Shown piece after piece: positions 9,068-22,674 of a stretch of 64,000 nt of DNA. The first letter of the stretch is position 1; each line of letters begins with the position of its first letter. The translations under genes were made by a program, and so were the position numbers. A model generated the notes under the pieces. That model ran no database searches, was not told the origin of the DNA, and was given only the letters and a program-made list of their open reading frames with translations. Source of the DNA: Antedon mediterranea (Eukaryota > Animalia > Echinodermata); the NCBI RefSeq assembly GCF_964355755.1, contig NC_092675.1, positions 12,829,812 to 12,893,811 of the forward strand, read 5' to 3'.

Positions 9068-12000
9068 ACATTTGGAGACGTTGTAGACCATTTTGTGATT
9101 ATTGAAAAAACTTGTTAACATAAAAACACGAAAGTGCTTAGAATAGCTTCAAATCGCATTTGGAAACGTTTTAGACCATTTTGTGATTTTCGAAAAAGAT
9201 TGTTAACATAAAAACACCAATGTGCTTAGAATCACATTATAAACCGTTTTAGACCATTTTGAGCATTTCGATAACAATTTTCACACAAAAACATCAAAGA
9301 GCACAAAATAGCTTAATATCGTATTTATAAATGTTTTAGACCATTTTGAGCATTTCGACAAAACTTTTTCACACAAAACACCAATGTGCTTAGAATAGCT
9401 TCAAATCGCATTTGGAGACGTTTTTTATACCATTTTGTGATTTCGATGAAACTTGATTACACAAAAACATCAAAGTGCTTAAAATCACATTATAAACCGT
9501 TTTAGACCATTTTGAGCATTTCGATAACACTTTTCACACAAAAACATCAAAGAGCACAAAATAGCTTAATATCGTATTTAAAAACGTTTTAGACCATTTT
9601 GAGCATTTAGACAAAACTTTTTCACACAAAACACCAAAGTGCTTAGAATAGCTTCAAATCGCATTTGGAGACGTTTTAGAACATTTTGTGTTTTTCGAAA
9701 AAAACTGTTAACATAAAAACACCAAAGTGCTTAGAATAGCTTCAAATCGCATTTTTAGACGTTTTAGAACATTTTGTGTTCTTCGAAAAAACCTGTTAAC
9801 ATAAAAACACCAAAGTGCTTAGAATAGCTTCAAATCGCATTTGGAGACGTTTTAGACCATTTTGTGATTTTTGAAAAAACTTGTTAACATAAAAACACCA
9901 AAGTGCTTAGAATAGCTTCAAATCACATTTGGAGACGTTTTAGACCATTTTGTGATTTTCGAAAAAGATTGTTAACATAAAAACACCAAAGTGCTTAGAA
10001 TCACAATATAAACCGTTTTAGACCATTTTGAGCATTTCGATAACAATTTTCACACAAAAACATCAAAGAGCACAAAATAGCTTTATATCGAATTTAAAAA
10101 TGTTTTAGACCATTTTGAGCATTTAGATAAAACTTTTTCACACAAAACACCAAAGTGCTTAGAATAGCTTCAAATCGCATTTGGAGACGGTTTAGACCAT
10201 TTTGTGATTTTGAAAAAACTTAACATAAAAACACCAAAGTGCTTAGAATAGCTTCAAATCGCATTTGGAGACGTTTTAGACCATTTTGTGATTTTCGAAA
10301 GAACTTGTTAACATAAAAACACCAAAGTGCTTAGAATAGCTTCAAATCGTATTTGGAGACGTTTTAGACCATTTTGAGATTTTCGAAAAAACTTGGTTAC
10401 ACAAAAACATCAAAGTGCTTAAAATCACATTATAAACCGTTTTAGACCATTTTGAACATTTCGATAACACTTTTCACACAAAAACATCAAAGAGCACAAA
10501 ATAGCTTAATATCGTATTTAAAAACGTTTTAGACCATTTTGAGCATTTCGACAAAACTTTTTCACACAAAACACCAAAGTGCTTAGAATAGCTTCAAATC
10601 GCATTTGGAGACGTTTTAGACCAATTTGTGCATTTCGATGAAACTTGATTACACAAAAACATCAACGTGCTTAAAATCACATTATAAACCGTTTTAGACC
10701 ATTTTGAGCATTTCGACAAAACTTTTTCACACAAAATACCAAAGGGCTTCAAATCGCATTTGGAGACGTTTTAGACCATTTTGTGATTTTCGAAAAAACT
10801 TGTTAACATAAAAACACCAAAGTGCTTAGAATAGCTTCAAATCGTATTTGGAGACGTTTTAGACCATTTTGAGATTTTCGAAAAAACTTGGTTACACAAA
10901 AACATCAAAGTGCTTAAAATCACATTATAAACCGTTTTAGACCATTTTGAACATTTCGATAACACTTTTCACACAAAAACATCAAAGAGCACAAAATAGC
11001 TTAATATCGTATTTAAAAACGTTTTAGACCATTTTGAGCATTTCGACAAAACTTTTTCACACAAAACACCAAAGTGCTTAGAATAGCTTCAAATCGCATT
11101 TGGACACGTTTTAGACCAATTTGTGCATTTCGATGAAACTTGATTACACAAAAACATCAACGTGCTTAAAATCACATTATAAACCGTTTTAGACCATTTT
11201 GAGCATTTCGATAACACTTTTCACACAAAAACATCAAAGAGCACAAAATAGCTTAATATCGTATTTAAAAACGTTTTAGACCATTTTTTGAGCATTTAGA
11301 CAAAACTTTTTCACACAAAACACCAAAGTGCTTAGAATAGCTTCAAATCGCATTTGGAGACGTTTTAGACCATTTTGTGCATTTCGATGAAACTTGGTTA
11401 CACAAAAACATCAAAGTGCTTAAAATGACATTATAAATCGTTTTAGACCATTTTGAGCATTTCGACAAAACTTTTTCACACAAAATACCAAAGGGCTTCA
11501 AATCGCATTTGGAGACGTTTTAGACCATTTTGTGATTTTCGAAAAAACTTTTTAACATAAAAACACCAAAGTGCTTAGAATAGCTTCAAATCACATTTGG
11601 AGACGTTTTAGACCATTTTGTGATTTTCGAAAAAACTTGTTAACATAAAAACACGAAAGTGCTTAGAATAGCTTCAAATCGCATTTGGAAACGTTTTAGA
11701 CCATTTTGTGATTTTCGAAAAAAATTGTTAACATAAAAACACCAAAGTGCTTAGAATCACATTATAAACCGTTTTAGACCATTTTGAGCATTTCGATAAC
11801 AATTTTCACACAAAAACATCAAAGAGCACAAAATAGCTTAATATCGTATTTAAAAATGTTTTAGACCATTTTGAGCATTTAGATAAAACTTTTTCACACA
11901 AAACACCAAAGTGCTTAGAATAGCTTCAAATCGCATTTGGAGACGTTTTAGACCATTTTGTGATTTTTGAAAAAACTTGTTAACATAAAAACACCAAAGT

Positions 12001-12752
12001 GCTTAGAATAGCTTCAAATCACATTTGGAGACGTTTTAGACCATTTTGTGATTTTCGAAAAAACTTGTTAACATAAAAACACGAAAGTGCTTAGAATAGC
12101 TTCAAATCGCATTTGGAAACGTTTTAGACCATTTTGTGATTTTCGAAAAAACTTGTTAACATAAAAACACGAAAGTGCTTAGAATAGCTTCAAATCGCAT
12201 TTGGAAACGTTTTAGACCATTTTGTGATTTTCGAAAAAACTTGTTAACATAAAAACACGAAAGTGCTTAGAATAGCTTCAAATCGCATTTGGAAACGTTT
12301 TAGACCATTTTGTGATTTTCGAAAAAAAATTGTTAACATAAAAACACCAAAGTGTTTAGAATAGCTTCAAATCGCATTTGGAGACGTTTTAGACCAATTT
12401 GTGATTTTCGAAAAAACTTATCAACATAAAAACACCAAAGGGTTTAGAATAGCTTCAAATCGCATTTGGAGACGTTTTAGACCATTTTGTGATTTTGAAA
12501 AAACTTGTTAACATAAAAACACCAAAGTGCTTAGAATAGCTTCAAATCGCATTTGGAGACGTTTTAGACCATTTTGTGATTTTCGAAAAAACTTGTTAAC
12601 ATAAAAACACCAAAGTGCTTAGAATAGCTTCAAATCGTATTTGGAGACGTTTTAGACCATTTTGAGATTTTCGAAAAAACTTGGTTACACAAAAACATCA
12701 AAGTGCTTAAAATCACATTATAAACCGTTTTAGACCATTTTGAGCATTTCGG

Positions 12753-15675
12753 TAACACTTTTCACACAAAAACATCAAAGAGCACAAAATAGCTTAATAT
12801 CGTATTTAAAAACGTTTTAGACCATTTTGAGCCTTTAGACAAAACTTTTTTCACACAAAACACCAAAGTGCTTAGAATAGCTTCAAATCGCATTTGGAGA
12901 CGTTTTAGACCATTTTGTGCATTTCGATGAAACTTGGTTACACAAAAACATCAAAGTGCTTAAAATCACATTATAAATCGTTTTAGACCATTTTGAGCAT
13001 TTCGACAAAACTTTTTCACACAAAATACCAAAGTGCTTAGAATAGCTTCAAATCGCATTTGGAGACGTTTTAGACCATTTTGTGATTTTCGAAAAAACTT
13101 TTTAACATAAAAACACCAAAGTGCTTAGAATAGCTTCAAATCACATTTGGAGACGTTTTAGACCATAAGTGCTTAGAATCACATTATAAACCGTTTTAGA
13201 CCATTTTGAGCATTTCGATAACAATTTTCACACAAAAACATCAAAGAGCACAAAATAGCTTAATATCGTATTTAAAAATGTTTTAGACCATTTTGAGCAT
13301 TTAGATAAAACTTTTTCACACAAAACACCAAAGTGCTTAGAATAGCTTCAAATCGCATTTGGAGACGTTTTAGACCATTTTGTGATTTTTGAAAAAACTT
13401 GTTAACATAAAAACACCAAAGTGCTTAGAATAGCTTCAAATCACATTTGGAGACGTTTTAGACCATTTTGTGATTTTCGAAAAAACTTGTTAACATAAAA
13501 ACACGAAAGTGCTTAGAATAGCTTCAAATCGCATTTGGAAACGTTTTAGACCATTTAGTGATTTTCGAAAAAACTTGTTAACATAAAAACACGAAAGTGC
13601 TTAGAATAGCTTCAAATCGCATTTGGAAACGTTTTAGACCATTTTGTGATTTTCGAAAAAAATTGTTAACATAAAAACACCAAAGTGTTTAGAATAGCTT
13701 CAAATCGCATTTGGAGACGTTTTAGACCAATTTGTGATTTTCGAAAAAACTTATCAACATAAAAACACCAAAGGGTTTAGAATAGCTTCAAATCGCATTT
13801 GGAGACGTTTTAGACCATTTTGTGATTTTCGAAAAAACTTGTTAACATAAAAACACGAAAGTGCTTAGAATAGCTTCAAATCGCATTTGGAAACGTTTTA
13901 GACCATTTTGTGATTTTCGAAAAAACTTGTTAACATAAAAACATGAAAGTGCTTAGAATAGCTTCAAATCGTATTTGGAGACGTTTTAGACCATTTTGTG
14001 ATTTTCGAAAAAACTTGTTAACATAAAAACACCAATGTGCTTAGAATAGCTTCAAATCGCATTTTGAGACGTTTTAGACCATTTTGTGCATTTCGATGAA
14101 ACTTGGTTACACAAAAACATCAAAGTGCTTAAAATCACATTATAAACCATTTTAGACCATTTTGAGCATTTCGATAACACTTTTCACACAAAAACATCAA
14201 AGAGCACAAAATAGCTTAATATCGTATTTAAAAACGTTTTAGACCATTTTGAGCCTTTAGACAAAACTTTTTCACACAAAACACCAAAGTGCTTAGAATA
14301 GCTTCAAATCGCATTTGGAGACGTTTTAGACCATTTTGTGCATTTCGATGAAACTTGGTTACACAAAAACATCAAAGTGCTTAAAATCACATTATAAATC
14401 GTTTTAGACCATTTTGAGCATTTCGACAAAACTTTTTCACACAAAATACCAAAGTGCTTAGAATAGCTTCAAATCGCATTTGGAGACGTTTTAGACCATT
14501 TTGTGATTTTCGAAAAAACTTTTTAACATAAAAACACCAAAGTGCTTAGAATAGCTTCAAATCACATTTGGAGACGTTTTAGACCATAAGTGCTTAGAAT
14601 CACATTATAAACCGTTTTAGACCATTTTGAGCATTTCGATAACAATTTTCACACAAAAACATCAAAGAGCACAAAATAGCTTAATATCGTATTTAAAAAT
14701 GTTTTAGACCATTTTGAGCATTTAGATAAAACTTTTTCACACAAAACACCAAAGTGCTTAGAATAGCTTCAAATCGCATTTGGAGACGTTTTAGACCATT
14801 TTGTGATTTTTGAAAAAACTTGTTAACATAAAAACACCAAAGTGCTTAGAATAGCTTCAAATCACATTTGGAGACGTTTTAGACCATTTTGTGATTTTCG
14901 AAAAAACTTGTTAACATAAAAACACGAAAGTGCTTAGAATAGCTTCAAATCGCATTTGGAAACGTTTTAGACCATTTAGTGATTTTCGAAAAAACTTGTT
15001 AACATAAAAACACGAAAGTGCTTAGAATAGCTTCAAATCGCATTTGGAAACGTTTTAGACCATTTTGTGATTTTCGAAAAAAATTGTTAACATAAAAACA
15101 CCAAAGTGTTTAGAATAGCTTCAAATCGCATTTGGAGACGTTTTAGACCAATTTGTGATTTTCGAAAAAACTTATCAACATAAAAACACCAAAGGGTTTA
15201 GAATAGCTTCAAATCGCATTTGGAGACGTTTTAGACCATTTTGTGATTTTCGAAAAAACTTGTTAACATAAAAACACGAAAGTGCTTAGAATAGCTTCAA
15301 ATCGCATTTGGAAACGTTTTAGACCATTTTGTGATTTTCGAAAAAACTTGTTAACATAAAAACATGAAAGTGCTTAGAATAGCTTCAAATCGTATTTGGA
15401 GACGTTTTAGACCATTTTGTGATTTTCGAAAAAACTTGTTAACATCAAAACACCAATGTGCTTAGAATAGCTTCAAATCGCATTTTGAGACGTTTTAGAC
15501 CATTTTGTGCATTTCGATGAAACTTGGTTACACAAAAACATCAAAGTGCTTAAAATCACATTATAAACCATTTTAGACCATTTTGAGCATTTCGATAACA
15601 CTTTTCACACAAAAACATCAAAGAGCACAAAATAGCTTAATATCGTATTTAAAAACGTTTTAGACCATTTTGAGC
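12753..15675 (+). repeat. Tandem higher-order duplication, period ~1421 bp
   Basis: Rare markers 'gagcctttag' (12829, 14251) and 'catttagtg' (13557, 14978), plus 'acatgaaag', 'accaatgtg' and 'aaaccatttt', repeat at offset 1421-1422. Confidence 0.88.
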
Positions 15676-18600
15676 ATTTCGACAAAACTTTTTCACACAA
15701 AACACCAAAGTGCTTAGAATAGCTTCAAATCGCATTTGGAGACGTTTTAGACCATTTTGTGATTTTCGAAAAAACTTGTTAACATAAAAACATCAAAGTG
15801 TACAGAATAACTTCAAATCGCATTTGGAGACCGTTTTAGGCCAATTTGTGATTTTCGAAAAAACTTGTTAACCTAAAAATACCAAAGTGTTTAGAATAGC
15901 TTCAAATCGCATTTGGAGACGTTTTAGAACATTTTGTGATTTTCGAAAAAACTTGTTAACATAAAAACACCAAAGTGCTTCAAATCGCATTTGGAGACAT
16001 TTTAGACCAATTTGTGATTTTTGAAAAAACTTGTTAACATAAAAACACCAAAGTGCTTACAATAGCTTCAAATCGTATTTGGAGACGTTTTAGACCATTT
16101 TGTGATTTTCGAAAAAACTTGTTAACATAAAAACACCAAAGTACTTAGAATAGCTTCAAATCGCATTTGTAGACGTTTTAGACCATTTTATGCATTTCGA
16201 TGAAACTTGGTTACACAAAAACATCAAAGTGCTTAAAATCACATTATAATCCGTTTTAGACCATTTTGAGCATTTCGATAACACTTTTCACACAAAAACA
16301 TCAAAGAGCACAAAATAGCTTAATATCGTATTTAAAAACTTTTTAGACCATTTTGAGCATTTCGACAAAACTTTTTCACACAAAACACCAAAGTGCTTAG
16401 AATAGCTTCAAATCGCATTTGGAGACGTTTTAGACCATTTTGTGATTTTCGAAAAAAATTGTTAACATAAAAACACGAAAGTGCTTAGAATAGCTTCAAA
16501 TCGCATTTGGAAACGTTTTAGACCATTTTGTGATTTTCGAAAAAAATTGTTAACATAAAAACACCAAAGTGTTTAGAATAGCTTCAAATCGCATTTGGAG
16601 ACGTTTTAGACCAATTTGTGATTTTCGAAAAAACTTATCAACATAAAAACACCAAAGGGTTTAGAATAGCTTCAAATCGCATTTGGAGACGTTTTAGACC
16701 ATTTTGTGATTTTGAAAAAACTTGTTAACATAAAAACACCAAAGTGCTTAGAATAGCTTCAAATCGCATTTGGAGACGTTTTAGACCATTTTGTGATTTT
16801 CGAAAAAACTTGTTAACATAAAAACACCAAAGTGCTTAGAATAGCTTCAAATCGTATTTGGAGACGTTTTAGACCATTTTGAGATTTTCGAAAAAAATTG
16901 GTTACACAAAAACATCAAAGTGCTTAAAATCACATTATAAACCGTTTTAGACCATTTTTAGCATTTCGGTAACACTTTTCACACAAAAACATCAAAGAGC
17001 ACAAAATAGCTTAATATCGTATTTAAAAACGTTTTAGACCATTTTGAGCATTTAGACAAAACTTTTTCACACAAAACACCAAAGTGCTTAGAATAGCTTC
17101 AAATCGCATTTGGAGACGTTTTAGACCATTTTGTGCATTTCGATGAAACTTGGTTACACAAAAACATCAAAGTGCTTAAAATCACATTATAAATCGTTTT
17201 AGACCATTTTGAGCATTTCGACAAAACTTTTTCACACAAAATACCAAAGTGCTTAGAATAGCTTCAAATCGCATTTGGAGACGTTTTAGACCATTTTGTG
17301 ATTTTCGAAAAAACTTTTTAACATAAAAACACCAAAGTGCTTAGAATAGCTTCAAATCACATTTGGAGACGTTTTAGACCATAAGTGCTTAGAATCACAT
17401 TATAAACCGTTTTAAACCATTTTGAGCATTTCGATAACAATTTTCACACAAAAACATCAAAGAGCACAAAATAGCTTAATATCGTATTTAAAAATGTTTT
17501 AGACCATTTTGAGCATTTAGATAAAACTTTTTCACACAAAACACCAAAGTGCTTAGAATAGCTTCAAATCGCATTTGGAGACGTTTTAGACCATTTTGTG
17601 ATTTTTGAAAAAACTTGTTAACATAAAAACACCAAAGTGCTTAGAATAGCTTCAAATCACATTTGGAGATGTTTTAGACCATTTTGTGATTTTTGAAAAA
17701 ACTTGTTAACATAAAAACACGAAAGTGCTTAGAATAGCTTCAAATCACATTTGGAGACGTTGTAGACCATTTTGTGATTTTTGAAAAAACTTGTTAACAT
17801 AAAAACACGAAAGTGCTTAGAATAGCTTCAAATCGCATTTGGAAACGTTTTAGACCATTTTGTGATTTTCGAAAAAGAATGTTAACATAAAAACACCAAT
17901 GTGCTTAGAATCACAATATAAACCGTTTTAGACCATTTTGAGCATTTCGATAACAATTTTCACACAAAAACATCAAAGAGCACAAAATAGCTTAATATCG
18001 TATTTATAAATGTTTTAGACCATTTTGAGCATTTCGACAAAACTTTTTCACACAAAACACCAAAGTGCTTAGAATAGCTTCAAATCGCATTTGGAGACGT
18101 TTTTTATACCATTTTGTGATTTCGATGAAACTTGATTACACAAAAACATCAAAGTGCTTAAAATCACATTATAAACCGTTTTAGACCATTTTGAGCATTT
18201 CGATAACACTTTTCACACAAAAACATCAAAGAGCACAAAATAGCTTAATATCGTATTTAAAAACGTTTTAGACCATTTTGAGCATTTAGACAAAACTTTT
18301 TCACACAAAACACCAAAGTGCTTAGAATAGCTTCAAATCGCATTTGGAGACGTTTTAGAACATTTTGTGTTTTTCGAAAAAAACTGTTAACATAAAAACA
18401 CCAAAGTGCTTAGAATAGCTTCAAATCGCATTTGGAGACGTTTTAGACCATTTTGTGATTTTTGAAAAAACTTGTTAACATAAAAACACCAAAGTGCTTA
18501 GAATAGCTTCAAATCACATTTGGAGACGTTTTAGACCATTTTGTGATTTTCGAAAAAACTTGTTAACATAAAAACACGAAAGTGGTTAGAATAGCTTCAA

Positions 18601-21600
18601 ATCGCATTTGGAAACGTTTTAGACCATTTTGTGATTTTCGAAAAAGATTGTTAACATAAAAACACCAAAGTGCTTAGAATCACAATATAAACCGTTTTAG
18701 ACCATTTTGAGCATTTCGATAACAATTTTCACACAAAAACATCAAAGAGCACAAAATAGCTTAATATCGTATTTAAAAATGTTTTAGACCATTTTGAGCA
18801 TTTAGATAAAACTTTTTCACACAAAACACCAAAGTGCTTAGAATAGCTTCAAATCGCATTTGGAGACGGTTTAGACCATTTTGTGATTTTGAAAAAACTT
18901 GTTAACATAAAAACACCAAAGTGCTTAGAATAGCTTCAAATCGCATTTGGAGACGTTTTAGACCATTTTGTGATTTTCGAAAGAACTTGTTAACATAAAA
19001 ACACCAAAGTGCTTAGAATAGCTTCAAATCGTATTTGGAGACGTTTTAGACCATTTTGAGATTTTCGAAAAAACTTGGTAACACAAAAACATCAAAGTGC
19101 TTAAAATCACATTATAAACCGTTTTAGACCATTTTGAACATTTCGATAACACTTTTCACACAAAAACATCAAAGAGCACAAAATAGCTTAATATCGTATT
19201 TAAAAACGTTTTAGACCATTTTGAGCATTTCGACAAAACTTTTTCACACAAAACACCAAAGTGCTTAGAATAGCTTCAAATCGCATTTGGAGACGTTTTA
19301 GACCAATTTGTGCATTTCGATGAAACTTGATTACACAAAAACATCAACGTGCTTAAAATCACATTATAAACCGTTTTAGACCATTTTGAGCATTTCGATA
19401 ACACTTTTCACACAAAAACATCAAAGAGCACAAAATAGCTTAATATCGTATTTAAAAACGTTTTAGACCATTTTTTGAGCATTTAGACAAAACTTTTTCA
19501 CACAAAACACCAAAGTGCTTAGAATAGCTTCAAATCGCATTTGGAGACGTTTTAGACCATTTTGTGCATTTCGATGAAACTTGGTTACACAAAAACATCA
19601 AAGTGCTTAAAATGACATTATAAATCGTTTTAGACCATTTTGAGCATTTCGACAAAACTTTTTCACACAAAATACCAAAGGGCTTCAAATCGCATTTGGA
19701 GACGTTTTAGACCATTTTGTGATTTTCGAAAAAACTTTTTAACATAAAAACACCAAAGTGCTTAGAATAGCTTCAAATCACATTTGGAGACGTTTTAGAC
19801 CATTTTGTGATTTTCGAAAAAACTTGTTAACATAAAAACACGAAAGTGCTTAGAATAGCTTCAAATCGCATTTGGAAACGTTTTAGACCATTTTGTGATT
19901 TTCGAAAAAAATTGTTAACATAAAAACACCAAAGTGCTTAGAATCACATTATAAACCGTTTTAGACCATTTTGAGCATTTCGATAACAATTTTCACACAA
20001 AAACATCAAAGAGCACAAAATAGCTTAATATCGTATTTAAAAATGTTTTAGACCATTTTGAGCATTTAGATAAAACTTTTTCACACAAAACACCAAAGTG
20101 CTTAGAATAGCTTCAAATCGCATTTGGAGACGTTTTAGACCAATTTGTGATTTTTGAAAAAACTTGTTAACATAAAAACACCAAAGTGCTTAGAATAGCT
20201 TCAAATCACATTTGGAGACGTTTTAGACCATTTTGTGATTTTGAACAAACTTGTTAACATAAAAACACCAAAGTGCTTAGAATAGCTTCAAATCGTATTT
20301 GGAGACGTTTTAGACCATTTTGAGATTTTCGAAAAAACTTGGTTACACAAAAACATCAAAGTGCTTAAAATCACATTATAAACCGTTTTAGACCATTTTG
20401 AGCATTTCGATAACACTTTTCACACAAAAACATCAAAGAGCACAAAATAGCTTAATATCGTATTTAAAAACGTTTTAGACCATTTTGAGCATTTCGACAA
20501 AACTTTTTCACACAAAACACCAAAGTGCTTAGAATAGCTTCAAATCGCATTTGGAGACGTTTTAGACCAATTTGTGCATTTCGATGAAACTTGATTACAC
20601 AAAAACATCAAAGTGCTTAAAATCACATTATAAACCGTTTTAGACCATTTTGAGCATTTCGATAACACTTTTCACACAAAAACATCAAAGAGCACAAAAT
20701 AGCTTAATATCGTATTTAAAAACGTTTTAGACCATTTTGAGCATTTAGACAAAACTTTTTCACACAAAACACCAAAGTGCTTAGAATAGCTTCAAATCGC
20801 ATTTGGAGACGTTTTAGACCATTTTGTGCATTTCGATGAAACTTGGTTACACAAAAACATCAAAGTGCTTAAAATCACATTATAAATCGTTTTAGACCAT
20901 TTTGTGATTTTCGAAAAAGCTTTTTAACATAAAAACACCAAAGTGCTTAGAATAGCTTCAAATCACATTTGGAGACATTTTAGACCATTTTGTGATTTTC
21001 GAAAAAACTTGTTAACATAAAAACACGAAAGTGCTTAGAATAGCTTCAAATCGCATTTGGAAACGTTTTAGACCATTTTGTGATTTTCGAAAAAACTTTT
21101 TAACATAAAAACACGAAAGTGCTTAGAATCACATTATAAACCGTTTTAGACCATTTTGAGCATTTCGATAACAATTTTCACACAAAAACATCAAAGAGCA
21201 CAAAATAGCTTAATATCGTATTTAAAAATGTTTTAGACCATTTTGAGCATTTAGATAAAACTTTTTCAAACAAAACACCAAAGTGCTTAGAATAGCTTCA
21301 AATCGCATTTGGAGACGTTTTAGACCATTTTGTGATTTTTGAAAAAACTTGTTAACATAAAAATACCAAAGTGCTTAGAATAGCTTCAAATCACATTTGG
21401 AGATGTTTTAGACCATTTTGTGATTTTTGAAAAAACTTGTTAACATAAAAACACCAAAGTGCTTAGAATAGCTTCAAATCACATTTGGAGACGTTTTAGA
21501 CCATTTTGTGATTTTCGAAAAAACTTGTTAACATAAAAACACGAAAGTGCTTAGAATAGCTTCAAATCGCATTTGGAAACGTTTTAGACCATTTTGTGAT

Positions 21601-22674
21601 TTTCAAAAAAGATTGTTAACATAAAAACACCAAAGTGCTTAGAATCACAATATAAACCGTTTTAGACCATTTTGAGCATTTCGATAACAATTTTCACACA
21701 AAAACATCAAAGAGCACAAAATAGCTTAATATCGTATTTAAAAATGTTTTAGACCATTTTGAGCATTTAGATAAAACTTTTTCACACAAAACACCAAAGT
21801 GCTTAGAATAGCTTCAAATCGCATTTGGAGACGGTTTAGACCATTTTGTGATTTTGAAAAAACTTGTTAACATAAAAACACCAAAGTGCTTAGAATAGCT
21901 TCAAATCGTATTTGGAGACGTTTTAGACAATTTTGAGATTTTCGAAAAAACTTGGTTACACAAAAACATCAAAGTGCTTAAAATCACATTATAAACCGTT
22001 TTAGACCATTTTGAACATTTCGATAACACTTTTCACACAAAAACATCAAAGAGCACAAAATAGCTTAATATCGTATTTAAAAACGTTTTAGACCATTTTG
22101 AGCATTTCGACAAAACTTTTTCACACAAAACACCAAAGTGCTTAGAATAGCTTCAAATCGCATTTGGAGACGTTTTAGACCAATTTGTGCATTTCGATGA
22201 AACTTGATTACACAAAAACATCAACGTGCTTAAAATCACATTATAAACCGTTTTAGACCATTTTGAGCATTTCGATAACACTTTTCACACAAAAACATCA
22301 AAGAGCACAAAATAGCTTAATATCGTATTTAAAAACGTTTTAGACCATTTTGAGCATTTAGACAAAACTTTTTCACACAAAACACCAAAGTGCTTAGAAT
22401 AGCTTCAAATCGCATTTGGAGACGTTTTAGACCATTTTGTGCATTTCGATGAAACTTGGTTACACAAAAACATCAAAGTGCTTAAAATCACATTATAAAT
22501 CGTTTTAGACCATTTTGAGCATTTCGACAAAACTTTTTCACACCAAATACCAAAGGGCTTAGAATAGCTTCAAATCTTATTTGGAGACGTTTTAGACCAT
22601 TTTGTGATTTTCGAAAAAACTTTTTAACATAAAAACACCAAAGTGCTTAGAATAGCTTCAAATCACATTTGGAG

